A stretch of DNA of 64,000 bases. Origin: an uncultured Nitrososphaeraceae archaeon (lineage in GTDB: Archaea; Thermoproteota; Nitrososphaeria; Nitrososphaerales; Nitrososphaeraceae). The stretch covers positions 1-64,000 of the forward strand of contig CAVXZB010000024.1 in NCBI GenBank assembly GCA_963765895.1, in the 5' to 3' direction. The notes below the pieces were generated by a model, which saw only the letters and a program-made list of their open reading frames with translations, ran no database searches and had not been told where the DNA came from. Both the position numbers and the translations under genes were made by a program. This document shows, in pieces, positions 53,473 through 64,000 of the stretch; the stretch's first letter is position 1, and each line of letters opens with the position of its first letter.

Positions 53473-54180
53473 TTATCGTCGCCTAACGTTACTAGAGTGA
53501 ACTCTTATCTTGACATTGTCTCCATTTCGAATTCCCAAATAATCTTTGATACAGACCGGGGCGATAACTTCTAATAGACTATTGTCATAATGTGTTCTCT
53601 CCAAAATCAGGATCGCTGAGTCTGTGATAGCTCCATCATTTATGTCTGCAGGGTAACATTTAACCCAACCATACGTCCGTGATCCATCGCTAAATCCATC
53701 AATATAGATATGAGAGGATCGATCTATGTCGTGTCTCGGATTGGTATACAATTGTTCAGACAATTTGACATTTAAAGTTCCAGGATATGGTTGATAACCA
53801 AGCTTTTCGATAAATTGTGTCCGATACCCCTCCAGCGACATATAGTAGGCTCCTTCACCCATACCCGACACGACTTTTCCTTCAAATGAAATAAGTGTCG
53901 ACTTAGAGGGGGCTTCTAACGCCGTTTTAAGCAAAGACGACATGTTTTCGATTTCCTTATAGCCTCGATCTGTTACTCGCACCTTGAACTTTTGCCCTGT
54001 TCGCGCCCGTGCAATAAATCCCAAAGATTCCAATTCCAAAAGGTGCTTTGAAGCGGCTTGCTGCGATTTATTTATGCGCTTTCCTAATTTGCTAGTATTA
54101 ATTTCTATAAAGCCTTGACCTGCACCCATTACCAGCAGCTCTGCTAATGTAGGTATGTGAATAAAGTTGACATCTGACAT
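53473..54180 (-). CDS. ribK: CTP-dependent riboflavin kinase with N-terminal wHTH (RbkR-type)
   Basis: SQQAASKHLLELE HTH, GKVVSGMGEGAYY, PYPGTLNV, RTHY..LEVIAP. Confidence 0.92.
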   Translation of the reverse strand: MSDVNFIHIPTLAELLVMGAGQGFIEINTSKLGKRINKSQQAASKHLLELESLGFIARARTGQKFKVRVTDRGYKEIENMSSLLKTALEAPSKSTLISFEGKVVSGMGEGAYYMSLEGYRTQFIEKLGYQPYPGTLNVKLSEQLYTNPRHDIDRSSHIYIDGFSDGSRTYGWVKCYPADINDGAITDSAILILERTHYDNSLLEVIAPVCIKDYLGIRNGDNVKIRVHSSNVRRR

Positions 54181-54191
54181 TTGGCCTACTA

Positions 54192-55448
54192 CTAATTGCC
54201 TGTACCTATATCTCCAAATGTTCTTATTTTTATATCTAAAGGCTTCTTAAAATCAGTTGTTCTATGTCCTACAATATATTCAATACCCGCCTTGTTTGCA
54301 GCTTCCACCAGTCTTTGGGTGACTATTCCGTCTAGAACCAATACCTTTGCACCTTCTGTACTATTCAGGCGTTTTAGTAGATCTGATACCGGGACTTTCA
54401 GAAGAATTTTCATTGAGCCATCCAAAATTATGGCCTCTAATGTTTCATTAATCTGGGGGTAAACGTCTCTAACAACCGAAACAATTTGCTGATTATCTTG
54501 ATTGTCAACATCATTTCCAGCAGGAACCGTTTGGGCCTGGTTTGCCTCACGCTCTACAGCCATTGGATACTCTTGTCTCTCTCTTCTGTGAGTATGTTTT
54601 CTATCCGATAATTGCTCTGTGCTAACTACGTCTGGGATGCTGATCGGAGCCACCTCGCGTAGTATTTCTGCGAGCTCCAGTGGAGTACAATCCTCAACCT
54701 CTCTACCTGGAGGAGCCCTAACTACTCGATCCATCTTAACCATACCCTGCAACTCCTTTAGTATTAGATCACCTGCTCGATCACCATCCAAAAACGCTAC
54801 CACTCTTTTTCCGTCCGTAAGCTTTGTTATGGATTCGTCTATTTTTGCGCCCTCTATAGCAATAGCATTATCAAAACCTGCACGAAGAAGGTTTATCACA
54901 TCTGCTCGTCCCTCTACAAGGATAATCCAATCAGAATCAAAAACTCCGCTTCCACAGGCAAGTTGTGCCTTGCCAAACGCTGTCAACTTTCCTGGCTTGC
55001 TAGCATCATAGACATCCTTTAGCATTTCTTCTCCTTCGCTAATAGTTTTTGTTGCCCAATCCTGAACTATTTTCTTTGCTCGGTCCACGATAACTTTTTT
55101 CTTTATTGCTCTGATATCATCAATGCCGACGAGCCCGAATTTAGCTTGAAAGGGGCCTACCTTGTCGATACTTTCGATCGCAGCCGCTATAAGGGCTGCT
55201 GTAGAGATATCAGTACTCATTGGAATTAAGGCGTCTCCTCTTGCCATATTAGACCGAGTGTCAACATTTACCTCGATCCTTCCGACTTTTGAAACCTTTT
55301 GCAGTTCATTCAGATTCATTTCCGGGCCGAGGAGACCTTCTGTTTGTCCAAAAATCGCACCTATTATATCGGCCTTCTCAACTAAACCATCAACCTCGAA
55401 CTTTAATTTAACATGATACTTTACAATACCGGTACTGGGCAATTTCAT
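54192..55448 (-). CDS. dnaG: Archaeal DnaG (primase-like, exosome-associated)
   Basis: VEKADIIGAIFGQTEGLLG, ILVEGRADV, FLDGDRAG. Confidence 0.95.
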   Translation of the reverse strand: MKLPSTGIVKYHVKLKFEVDGLVEKADIIGAIFGQTEGLLGPEMNLNELQKVSKVGRIEVNVDTRSNMARGDALIPMSTDISTAALIAAAIESIDKVGPFQAKFGLVGIDDIRAIKKKVIVDRAKKIVQDWATKTISEGEEMLKDVYDASKPGKLTAFGKAQLACGSGVFDSDWIILVEGRADVINLLRAGFDNAIAIEGAKIDESITKLTDGKRVVAFLDGDRAGDLILKELQGMVKMDRVVRAPPGREVEDCTPLELAEILREVAPISIPDVVSTEQLSDRKHTHRRERQEYPMAVEREANQAQTVPAGNDVDNQDNQQIVSVVRDVYPQINETLEAIILDGSMKILLKVPVSDLLKRLNSTEGAKVLVLDGIVTQRLVEAANKAGIEYIVGHRTTDFKKPLDIKIRTFGDIGTGN

Positions 55449-55531
55449 AACCTCATTATTATTAAGTGAATTTACGGAGTCATCGCTTGAATATAAGTGC
55501 TTTGACAGTACTTACTTCTGAAGCATTCCAA

Positions 55532-55969
55532 TCACGTATAGAAATAAAGGTCAGGTCGGGAACCTGTGATCCCCCAAAGGTAAGGCGCATAAGATGAAAG
55601 ATCCTCGACATGTCTTATCTTTCCGTTGTCAATGCCGGCCATTTTCTTTTTATATAATAAACTCACATTTCCTCCTCTATATTGTAGCTGGTTTAGCAGT
55701 TTTCTTGTCAAATGCTTTCCAGTTCTATCCATGTCGAACAACAAAATTATCTTCTTCTTAGCCAAAGAATGGCTGTCGACAAAATCCGTAACTCCCTTAA
55801 AATGGTTGAATACGCTTAGATTGCCATTGAATCCGGCGCTCGTTAGCGCTTTGACATCCCTCTTGCCCTCAACCACAATAACTGAACCATTTTCCGATTC
55901 CTTATTTAACATGAAGATGAAATCGTGCAATCTATTAAGCTTCTCATGATCAATAGGTCTAAAGATCAA
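55532..55969 (-). CDS. Small TOPRIM-domain protein
   Basis: IVVEGKRDVKAL and LFDMDRTG. Confidence 0.85.
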   Translation of the reverse strand: MIFRPIDHEKLNRLHDFIFMLNKESENGSVIVVEGKRDVKALTSAGFNGNLSVFNHFKGVTDFVDSHSLAKKKIILLFDMDRTGKHLTRKLLNQLQYRGGNVSLLYKKKMAGIDNGKIRHVEDLSSYAPYLWGITGSRPDLYFYT

Positions 55970-56158
55970 TTGAACTTATGTTACTCCGGTAGTGCCGACA
56001 TTTATTTTTTGTTATAATCCTTATATAGCTGTGAACTGAAAGATCCCAATTTTAATTAGCTCAAGGCGAGTAAACTTCGCATTCGTTACTATTACTATTA
56101 ATTTTCTCCCATTATATCTAGCTGAGAAGCAAAGTTATAATTATCGGCAAGTCATTAA

Positions 56159-56521
56159 ATGTATTCACCAGTGCTATTCGGTTCGTTCGTGTTAGAGATT
56201 GGTGGATCAGAATGGCTAATCATAATCCTGCTTGCGTTGATCTTGCTGTTTGGTTCGAAAAAAATTCCCGAGTTATCAAGAACCCTAGGAAGGGCAGCTG
56301 GGGAATACCAAAAAGCTCATCAAATGTTCAAAAGCCAAATGCAGAACGCCAACTTGGGCTATTCTAACGATGTGAATTTTGTGTCGCCAAACATAATTGG
56401 ACCAGTATCTAGCGAGAAGGAAAAATTGGCAACAATTGCAGATTCGCTTGGCATTATGTATTCGGATACCACAACTGAAGAGCAACTAAGGATTATGATA
56501 TCCGAGAGAATGAATGGGTGA
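56159..56521 (+). CDS. tatA: Twin-arginine translocase TatA/E
   Basis: IGGSEWLIIILLALILLFGSKKIPELSRTLGRA. Confidence 0.88.
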   Translation: MYSPVLFGSFVLEIGGSEWLIIILLALILLFGSKKIPELSRTLGRAAGEYQKAHQMFKSQMQNANLGYSNDVNFVSPNIIGPVSSEKEKLATIADSLGIMYSDTTTEEQLRIMISERMNG

Positions 56522-56646
56522 TACTTTTAAAATAGGTCCGCAGTCCAGATAAGAAATTGGAAAATAGATAAGATAATAAGTTCTGATATTGTACGAGATG
56601 TCAATAGATTCAACACTTAAATATATCGATTTTTTGAATCACTACA

Positions 56647-57916
56647 ATGTCAAAATCAGACAACGATGTCACTCTAAACCCTTTCGAAATAGCGCTCAAA
56701 CAATTAGATGAAGCGGCTAATTTAATAAACCTTGAATCAGGCATGCGAGATGTGTTGGCTAATCCTAAACGTGTACTCACTGTCTCACTTCCTATTAAGA
56801 TGGATAATGGAAAGATACGAGTTTTTACCGGATTTAGATCTCAACATAACGATGCGAGAGGACCATTTAAGGGTGGTATACGCTATCATCCTCAAGTGAC
56901 TGTAGAAGAAGTCAAGGCATTATCTATGTGGATGACATGGAAGTGTGCAATAGCTGATATTCCTTACGGGGGTGGCAAAGGCGGAATAATTTGCAATCCT
57001 AAGGAAATGTCGGAGATAGAATTAGAACGGCTGACGAGACGATACGCTTATTCTATAGCTGATATAATTGGTCCTAGGACTGATATTCCTGCCCCTGATG
57101 TGTATACGGGAGGAAAAGAGATGGCATGGATTATGGATACTTATTCTGCTCTTAAAGGAAATTTCGGTCAACCTGAAATAATCACTGGCAAGCCTCTTTC
57201 AATTGGAGGCTCATTGGGTCGAACTGAAGCCACCGGCAGAGGATTGACGTTTACAGTACGAGAAGGCAGCAAAGAAATTAGCAGTTGACTTGAAACAAGC
57301 TACTGTAGCAATCCAGGGCTTCGGAAACGCCGGACAGTATGCTGGGCAGTTACTAGAGGATCAAGGAGCTAAAATAGTGGCAGTTTCAGATTCCAGGGCT
57401 GCTGTCTTCAATAAAAATGGACTAAATGTGGAAGGTCTGAGAAATCATAAGGAAAAGAATGGTTCTGTGGTAGGCTTTCCTGAAGCCAAAGCTATATCTG
57501 GTGAGGAAATCATTGAGACTGAATGCACGATCTTGATACCAGCAGCACTTGAAAATCAAATTACGCAGAAAAATGCCTCAAGAATAAGCGCAAAAATTGT
57601 AGCAGAGGCAGCAAATGGTCCCACTACTCCCCAGGCTGACGAAACATTGTTTAAAAATAAAATCCTGTTAATCCCCGATATTTTAGCAAACGGGGGTGGT
57701 GTAACTGTATCTTATTTTGAATGGCTACAAAATCTACGTAGAGAGTACTGGACTGAATCTGACGTTAACGAGAGATTGGATAAAAATATCTCGAAGGCCT
57801 TTGCTGACGTTTACAATACTCATGAAAAACATGGAGTAAACATGAGAAAAGCCAGCACTCTGTTGGCTATAGAAAAAGTCGCAGAGGCGACACGGATCAG
57901 GGGTCTTTGGCCTTAG
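56647..57916 (+). CDS. gdhA: Glutamate dehydrogenase (1-bp frameshift near 57265)
   Basis: RGPFKGGIRYHP, GGGKGG, DIPAPD, QGFGNAG, EAANGP, NGGGVTVSYFEW. Removing one G in GAAGGCAGC restores REAAKKLAVDLK. Confidence 0.92.
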
Positions 57917-57943
57917 ATTACGGCCTATTATTTTCCTCCTTGC

Positions 57944-58294
57944 TTATTCGGTATTAAATGAATGTCCGCATGAACAGCTCTTCGTAACATTGGGATTATT
58001 GATTTTAAATCCAGAACCCATAAGGCTGTCTACGTAATCCACGTTTGCTCCTTTAAGATACCTCTGACTATATCCATCAATTAACACCTTTACTCCGTTC
58101 TGCTCTATTACGCTGTCATCTTCCTCTGGCTTCTCTTCAAATCCCATACCATATGACAGACCCGAGCATCCACCACCAGAAACGTAAACTCTAAGATACA
58201 AACTATTATTTCCTTCCTGTTTCATAAATTCAGCCACCTTCTCTGCTGCCTTGGTGGTAATCGTTATTACTTGGCTTTGTTGTGTGCTCTCCAT
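57944..58294 (-). CDS. A-type Fe-S carrier (HesB/IscA/ErpA family)
   Basis: GGGCSGLSY, GFKINNPN..CSCGHSF. Likely start MESTQQ at 58294. Confidence 0.93.
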   Translation of the reverse strand: MESTQQSQVITITTKAAEKVAEFMKQEGNNSLYLRVYVSGGGCSGLSYGMGFEEKPEEDDSVIEQNGVKVLIDGYSQRYLKGANVDYVDSLMGSGFKINNPNVTKSCSCGHSFNTE

Positions 58295-58403
58295 TTTGCT
58301 ATATTTAGGCTTAATAAATATAATAACTTTTGCTTTCAATACTATTGAATTTTTTACCTCACAACAAATTATCAAAAAATTTGATGATTACCCACGCCTG
58401 CAG

Positions 58404-60521
58404 TCATTGCTTGGTCAGATTAGACCACTTTGCGAGAGTGCTTGCAGCACTGACCCATGTAGTAACAGAATCGTAGACTGGAACATTCCTATCTTCTATT
58501 TCTCTAGAAATTTTTTTCGTAAAAGGTCCTCCCATCGCTCCGACTAGTATAGGCTTTTTCATTAGCTTTTGAAAACCTCCCAGAACATCCACTATGTTCT
58601 CTTCCAAGGGATCATCCTGGAATACAAACCAAGGCATAACGATATCGACATTTGGATCATCCAAAAAGGCTTGGATCGCAAAGCTATAATCACTAGTATT
58701 CGCTGAACCAGTAACATCACAAGGGTTACCAATCACATAAGTTGGCGGATAGTGATCTTTTAGCTTTTGCTTTGTCTCCTCTGTTATCTCTGCTAGCTGT
58801 AGGCCGAGCCTATCAAATTGATCTATGGCTGCAATGATTGGTCCTGCTCCGTTTGTCACCATTGCTACTCTATTACCAGATGGAACAGGTTGCCATGTTA
58901 ATGCCTTAAGTGATCCAGTAAGTTCCTCATAACTATCGACTGAGATAATTCCGGCTTGGTCAAATGCGCCCTTTACTACCTTGTAGGTTCCTCCAAGTGA
59001 ACCAGTATGCGAAGCAGCCTGTTTTGCACCTCTGGAACTACGGCCGTTCTTAAATACTACAATTGGCTTTTTCCTATTTTTAATTACATCTTTGGCTGCA
59101 TTTATAAACTTGCGCCCATCTCCTAGTCCTTCTACATAAAGACCTAAAACTTTTGTTTCAGGGTCTTCTGACAGATACCAAATCATGTCTGCCTCATCAA
59201 CATCTGATCGATTTCCGTATGAAATCATCTTGCTCATCCCAAATGAATCAGCGGTCTCCATGAACGCTATACCCACGGTGCCGCTCTGGGATAGAAAAGC
59301 AACATCTCCCTTCTTAGGTCGTAACATCCTCTGATGTCCCTGGAACGCACAATCTAGCCGATTATCGCCATTGAATACGCCTATGCAATTCGGCCCAATG
59401 ATTCTGATACCCAGGCTACTCGATAACTCCTTTACCTGTTGTTCAATAGCTGCGCGCTCTCCACCTAACTCTTTTCCGCCACCTGAAATAATCACCATAT
59501 TGTGAATGCCCTTAGCTCCACTTGTTCTGAGCAAGTCAGGAACAAATCTGAGATCGACTGTTACAACAACAAGCTCGATTAGATCTGATATATCCTCAAG
59601 GTTTTTGTAGGATTTAATTCCCAGTATTTCCGGATAGCCCTTGGCATTGACAGGATAAACTTTCCCCTTATACTCATGTTTGACAAGGCTTTCTAGAACT
59701 GAGTTGCCTATTTTCCCAACTTCTGGAGAGGCCCCTATCAATGCAATTGCTTTGGCGTTAAAAAAGAGATCCATATATGTAGAATTAGGTTTTGCCATTG
59801 AAATAATGTCTGAATTGATACTGTCTCTTAAGATTATCTTTGCATCTACCACGCAATAATCTCGGGGGTATAATATTACCGGATTAAAGTCAACACTTTC
59901 GAAATAGGGCGCTAAATCAATCCCTAGTCTCCCAATATTCAATAGAGCGTCCTTTAATACACCAATGTCAATAGCTTCTGAACCCCGGAAGCCCTTCAAA
60001 AGCTTCGAGCCTTTTAGATCTTTTAACATTTCCTCAGCATCATTTTCATTAATAGGAAGAACTCTGAAGGACACATCTTGAAAGACTTCTGTAAGTATCC
60101 CGCCCAATCCAACCATTAGAACCGGTCCGAATTGGGCGTCGTTTTGTAGACCAATTATTATCTCAATTCCTGGAGGAACCATTTTTTCTAACAGGATACC
60201 CTTTATTGGATATTGCTTTGACAATCTATCATACATTTCCGAAAAGACCGCCTCGGCTTCTGAACCTGACTTTATCCCAACCTTGACTCCCTTTACATCA
60301 GTCTTGTGCAGAATCTCTGGTGAAACCACTTTGGCTACCAATGGAAAACCGATCTCAGTAGCCTTCTTCTCTGCCTCACCAGGAGTAGTAACGAGAGCAT
60401 AAGGGGGCACCTTGATTCCATAATCAGCAAGAAGCTTCTTTGAGGACTCTTCGGTAATTACTTTTTGATCGAGTGCTAATGTACTATCAAACATCTCTTT
60501 TAGGTTAGTTTTAACGCTCAT
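58404..60521 (-). CDS. ADP-forming acyl-CoA synthetase, probably 3-hydroxypropionyl-CoA synthetase of the thaumarchaeal 3HP/4HB cycle
   Basis: 705 aa with an N-terminal ATP-grasp domain ([10 protein letters not shown]) before the CoA-binding domain ([25 protein letters not shown]). This domain order matches the Nmar_1309 type as I recall it. Confidence 0.82.
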   Translation of the reverse strand: MSVKTNLKEMFDSTLALDQKVITEESSKKLLADYGIKVPPYALVTTPGEAEKKATEIGFPLVAKVVSPEILHKTDVKGVKVGIKSGSEAEAVFSEMYDRLSKQYPIKGILLEKMVPPGIEIIIGLQNDAQFGPVLMVGLGGILTEVFQDVSFRVLPINENDAEEMLKDLKGSKLLKGFRGSEAIDIGVLKDALLNIGRLGIDLAPYFESVDFNPVILYPRDYCVVDAKIILRDSINSDIISMAKPNSTYMDLFFNAKAIALIGASPEVGKIGNSVLESLVKHEYKGKVYPVNAKGYPEILGIKSYKNLEDISDLIELVVVTVDLRFVPDLLRTSGAKGIHNMVIISGGGKELGGERAAIEQQVKELSSSLGIRIIGPNCIGVFNGDNRLDCAFQGHQRMLRPKKGDVAFLSQSGTVGIAFMETADSFGMSKMISYGNRSDVDEADMIWYLSEDPETKVLGLYVEGLGDGRKFINAAKDVIKNRKKPIVVFKNGRSSRGAKQAASHTGSLGGTYKVVKGAFDQAGIISVDSYEELTGSLKALTWQPVPSGNRVAMVTNGAGPIIAAIDQFDRLGLQLAEITEETKQKLKDHYPPTYVIGNPCDVTGSANTSDYSFAIQAFLDDPNVDIVMPWFVFQDDPLEENIVDVLGGFQKLMKKPILVGAMGGPFTKKISREIEDRNVPVYDSVTTWVSAASTLAKWSNLTKQ

Positions 60522-60731
60522 TGACTATGCCTCCAAAAGAAGGACTGCTTCTAATTAACTTTTACTTCAAAGACAAAATCTCGACCCATCTACCACTGGT
60601 CCAAATATCAGTCTCAGTTTTGTTCGCTGCGGTAATAGTGTATTTCAGTCAGACTCTTGTATTGCTAATAAATTGATAGGGAGAGATCGGCCGATTATAT
60701 CGTATCTCACCTAAAAATGTGAGTACGTTCA

Positions 60732-61430
60732 TTATTTATATGCAGCCACAATAATAGCGCCGCCCATAAGTCTAGAATTAAATTCAACTTTGGAGAACCT
60801 TCTCAGTAAATTTTTGAGCTCTGAGTTTCTGGGCCACTTCAAGTACGTGCCATATAGTGTCCTGAACTTTAATCCTTTTTTACCCGCGGCTGCGTAGGCA
60901 AGTATCCTGAGTAAGTATTTCAGATAAAACGAAACCCCCATTCTTTTCAAGAACGAATCTGGTTTACCCAAATCTACGATAACAAGCAAGCCTCCGTCGC
61001 GTAATATTCGATGCATTTCAGAAATAGCTTGTTCAAGATGGATTGCGTCACGCAAGGAGTAGCCGCAGAGTATAACATCGAAAGCCCCATTTTGAAATGG
61101 CATATACTCAAAAATGCCTGAAGATAGTGCTGTTGAAAAATTATTATCAAACATTTCCTTTGCTCTTCTGAGCATATCAATAATTGGATCATACATTATC
61201 AAAGTTAGTTCACCATTAGCCTCCTCGTGTGCCATCCTGGACATATTACCATAGCCAGATCCTGCATCTAATACGATGCTTTTAGGTAATATCCTGCCTT
61301 CCATTCCTAGACGGCGATACTTGACATCTTTGCCTAAAGATATAGCTGAATTGACTTTGTCGTAGACGGGAATTACATAACGCAGGACTTGTATTACCTC
61401 GTTCCAATATTTCTCGCCAAGTCCTGACAA
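60732..61430 (-). CDS. UbiE/MenG-like SAM-dependent methyltransferase
   Basis: YDKVN..ISLG, VLDAGSGYG, MPFQNGAFD, EMHRILRDGG. Confidence 0.85.
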   Translation of the reverse strand: MSGLGEKYWNEVIQVLRYVIPVYDKVNSAISLGKDVKYRRLGMEGRILPKSIVLDAGSGYGNMSRMAHEEANGELTLIMYDPIIDMLRRAKEMFDNNFSTALSSGIFEYMPFQNGAFDVILCGYSLRDAIHLEQAISEMHRILRDGGLLVIVDLGKPDSFLKRMGVSFYLKYLLRILAYAAAGKKGLKFRTLYGTYLKWPRNSELKNLLRRFSKVEFNSRLMGGAIIVAAYK

Positions 61431-61528
61431 AGGCGGTAACTCTTATCGAAGCACTCTATTATGGCTTTGTATTGATAGGTCTATCTAACCTGCCGACGTT
61501 GGCTAGTCGAGATTCCAAAAACTGATAA

Positions 61529-62200
<672 letters not shown>

Positions 62201-62305
62201 ACCTAGGTAGCGTTTCTGCGACTATCATTTCATGGATGGTTATTTAGTGCATATTCACAAAATCTTCCGGCAAAGTGTCAATCATGCAGAATAGTATTTG
62301 AAGTA

Positions 62306-62779
62306 TTGAGGAGATTTAGTCTCGCAGCAACTGGAGGAACTTTTGACATACTGCACGCAGGCCATTTTGCCTTGTTGTCAAAAGCCTTTGAAATCTCCAA
62401 TAAAGTAATAATAGGAGTCACAAGCGACGAGTTTGCTGCAAGGATGAAAGGGAAAGCCGAAATATACCATACCTACGAACTTAGGATAGCTGCCCTTAGG
62501 CAAGCAATTGGCAACAGATTTGGCAACGTGAATTATTCGATTAGCAAACTGCATACCAATTTCGGACCTGCTGTGGTTTTTGGAGAAGTTGAGGTTTTAG
62601 TGGCTAGTAGTGAAACTGCAGTCAGAGGTAAAGAATTGAATGAAATTAGACGTGCAAAGGGTTTGAAGCCTATTGAAATAGTGAGTGTTAAGTTGTTGAA
62701 AGCAGACGACGGTCAACCTATCTCATCCACACGGATAAGACTAGGTCAGATCGATAGTTCGGGCAGATTACTAAAATGA
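62306..62779 (+). CDS. coaD: Phosphopantetheine adenylyltransferase (archaeal type)
   Basis: GGTFDILHAGH, IGVTSD, FGPA, VASSET..N..R, ISSTRIR. Confidence 0.9.
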   Translation: MRRFSLAATGGTFDILHAGHFALLSKAFEISNKVIIGVTSDEFAARMKGKAEIYHTYELRIAALRQAIGNRFGNVNYSISKLHTNFGPAVVFGEVEVLVASSETAVRGKELNEIRRAKGLKPIEIVSVKLLKADDGQPISSTRIRLGQIDSSGRLLK

Positions 62780-62852
62780 ACCGGAGGCTAGCTCAAAATC
62801 TTTTGATGCTTTATATTTTATCGTGATTCCGCTATCTGGGAAAGAGTAGAAC

Positions 62853-63185
62853 ATGGGAATTCTCAGTTACGATTCAAACGAAAAACTTGAACTAGCAATT
62901 TCAAATCTAAAAGATGGATTAGATCCAGAAAATCTTGCGTACTGGTACAAAAGGATCGAGGAAAAATCTAGAGAAATAGCCCCAACCCACCTGAGAGAAA
63001 AATTACATTTTAGGCAAGACCGGATATTGTGGATGAAATTCGAACTAAATATTTCAAAGAGGGCAGTTCCATATTTAATGCAAGCTATCGAAGAGTACAT
63101 TGAGATGATGCCTTATTCTACCGGCTTGTATTTCAGAAATGTCCAACAAATCGTCACTAATGAAGTCGTCAAACAACTTCGCTAA
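62853..63185 (+). CDS. Conserved hypothetical protein
   Basis: 110-aa ORF with globular-protein composition and upstream TTTATAT. Confidence 0.7.
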   Translation: MGILSYDSNEKLELAISNLKDGLDPENLAYWYKRIEEKSREIAPTHLREKLHFRQDRILWMKFELNISKRAVPYLMQAIEEYIEMMPYSTGLYFRNVQQIVTNEVVKQLR

Positions 63186-63306
63186 TTTAGAATGAAGCAT
63201 ATATTTACTTCTAAAAGATTCAAAATTATATAATTTATTTAACTGAATAATCATGAATAGAACAATTCTAAATTCTGAAGATTAACAAAACGCGGCCAAA
63301 TTCTAG

Positions 63307-63627
63307 TTACTCCAGGCGGTACTCGATGTGTAAGCGGGTACCTTCAAATCCGCTCGAGTACAATTCGCCTTTTCCATTAATGATTTCATTCATAATCTTT
63401 GTTAGATTCGAAACTGAAACTTCGTCTCTTAGTACAATACAATGAGATGATTTATCTGCGAGAGTGATGACTAGTTCATTATCTCTGGCCTTAATAGCTC
63501 TTATTAAACTTGAGTCATCCTTCTGTTTTGTTAAAAATGCTGCTAATTTTTCTGCTTCATAGCCGTCTTCACATTCTATTATATCTTTATATTCCATAAG
63601 GCTAGATTGAAGACGGATCGTTATCAT
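63307..63627 (-). CDS. Hypothetical protein downstream of trpS (start possibly MEYKD at 63597)
   Basis: Open frame co-oriented with and directly following trpS. Confidence 0.65.
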   Translation of the reverse strand: MITIRLQSSLMEYKDIIECEDGYEAEKLAAFLTKQKDDSSLIRAIKARDNELVITLADKSSHCIVLRDEVSVSNLTKIMNEIINGKGELYSSGFEGTRLHIEYRLE

Positions 63628-64000
63628 ACATAAATTCTTTTATAGAATCCTCAGCTTTTTCCCTACGCTTTTGGAAATTGGCAATAAATGGCTTGGCATC
63701 ATTCGTTAAATCAGCTTTGCACTCACCGCACAGGAGATTACCGATTTTGCATTTCAAGAATCTCTCATCTGATTCTCTTTCTGTATCAAAAAAATAGCGC
63801 AAGTACCAGAAAACCGGGCAAACGTTAGGATTTCCCCCAAGTTTTCGTTGCAATTCTACAGTTGCTTGGCCTCCAGTAAAGGCAGAAAGTATTTTCTTAT
63901 CAATAATTTCCGGGCTATCTGTGGTAAACAAAGCTGTATCAGGTTTTGAAGATGACATCTTTCCGGATATGCCTAGTCCAGGTACAAATTTACTATGTAT
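63602..64000 (-). CDS. trpS: Tryptophanyl-tRNA synthetase, 3' part (runs off the window end)
   Basis: HSKFVPGLGISGKMSSS, AFTGG..QRKLGGNP..CPV, CK.G.LLCGECK. Confidence 0.93.
   Translation of the reverse strand: MHSKFVPGLGISGKMSSSKPDTALFTTDSPEIIDKKILSAFTGGQATVELQRKLGGNPNVCPVFWYLRYFFDTERESDERFLKCKIGNLLCGECKADLTNDAKPFIANFQKRREKAEDSIKEFMYDNDPSSI

Noticed and set aside
56647-57916. Programmed frameshifting or pseudogenisation in gdhA (also parB, the kinase tail, ureC, ureA, UT, aglB, leuC)
   Set aside because: Each is a single-base indel, mostly in short homopolymers, with no slippery-site context. Where a second copy exists it is intact, which is typical of long-read error.

Overview
Archaeal DNA, most consistent with a soil-type ammonia-oxidising archaeon (Nitrososphaerales). 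This rests on an ADP-forming 3-hydroxypropionyl-CoA synthetase, archaeal DnaG/RibK/RibL/AglB/CofE and a urease cluster. Positions ~38-41793 form one giant fold-back: 38-20936 is the reverse complement of 20953-41793, with a 16-nt loop. The window starts with an Oxford Nanopore ligation-adapter remnant (TTCAGTTACGTATTGCT, 21-37), so the duplication is most likely a long-read chimera or assembly artefact, apparently carrying two strain haplotypes. Unique biology is therefore about 20950-64000. It includes a urea-utilisation island: Lrp-type regulator, UT urea transporter, unknown 204-aa gene, ureABC, a divergent thermosome-type chaperonin plus a small unknown protein inside the operon, and ureEFGD. 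An 18-bp palindrome lies upstream of both the transporter and ureA. Also present: aglB, a DRG GTPase, cofE, a LeuC/D (HacA/B-like) pair, an orphan ParB, two divergent deoxyhypusine-synthase paralogs, a decayed IS5 element, a two-component pair, two 50-aa C2H2 zinc-finger microproteins (one absent from the ORF track), flavin genes, dnaG, tatA, gdhA, an A-type Fe-S carrier, a 7Fe ferredoxin with an unusual N-terminus, coaD and the 3' end of trpS. I saw no rRNA, tRNA or CRISPR array. Most frameshifts look like single-base long-read errors. All identities and family calls are by eye or from memory, not computed.
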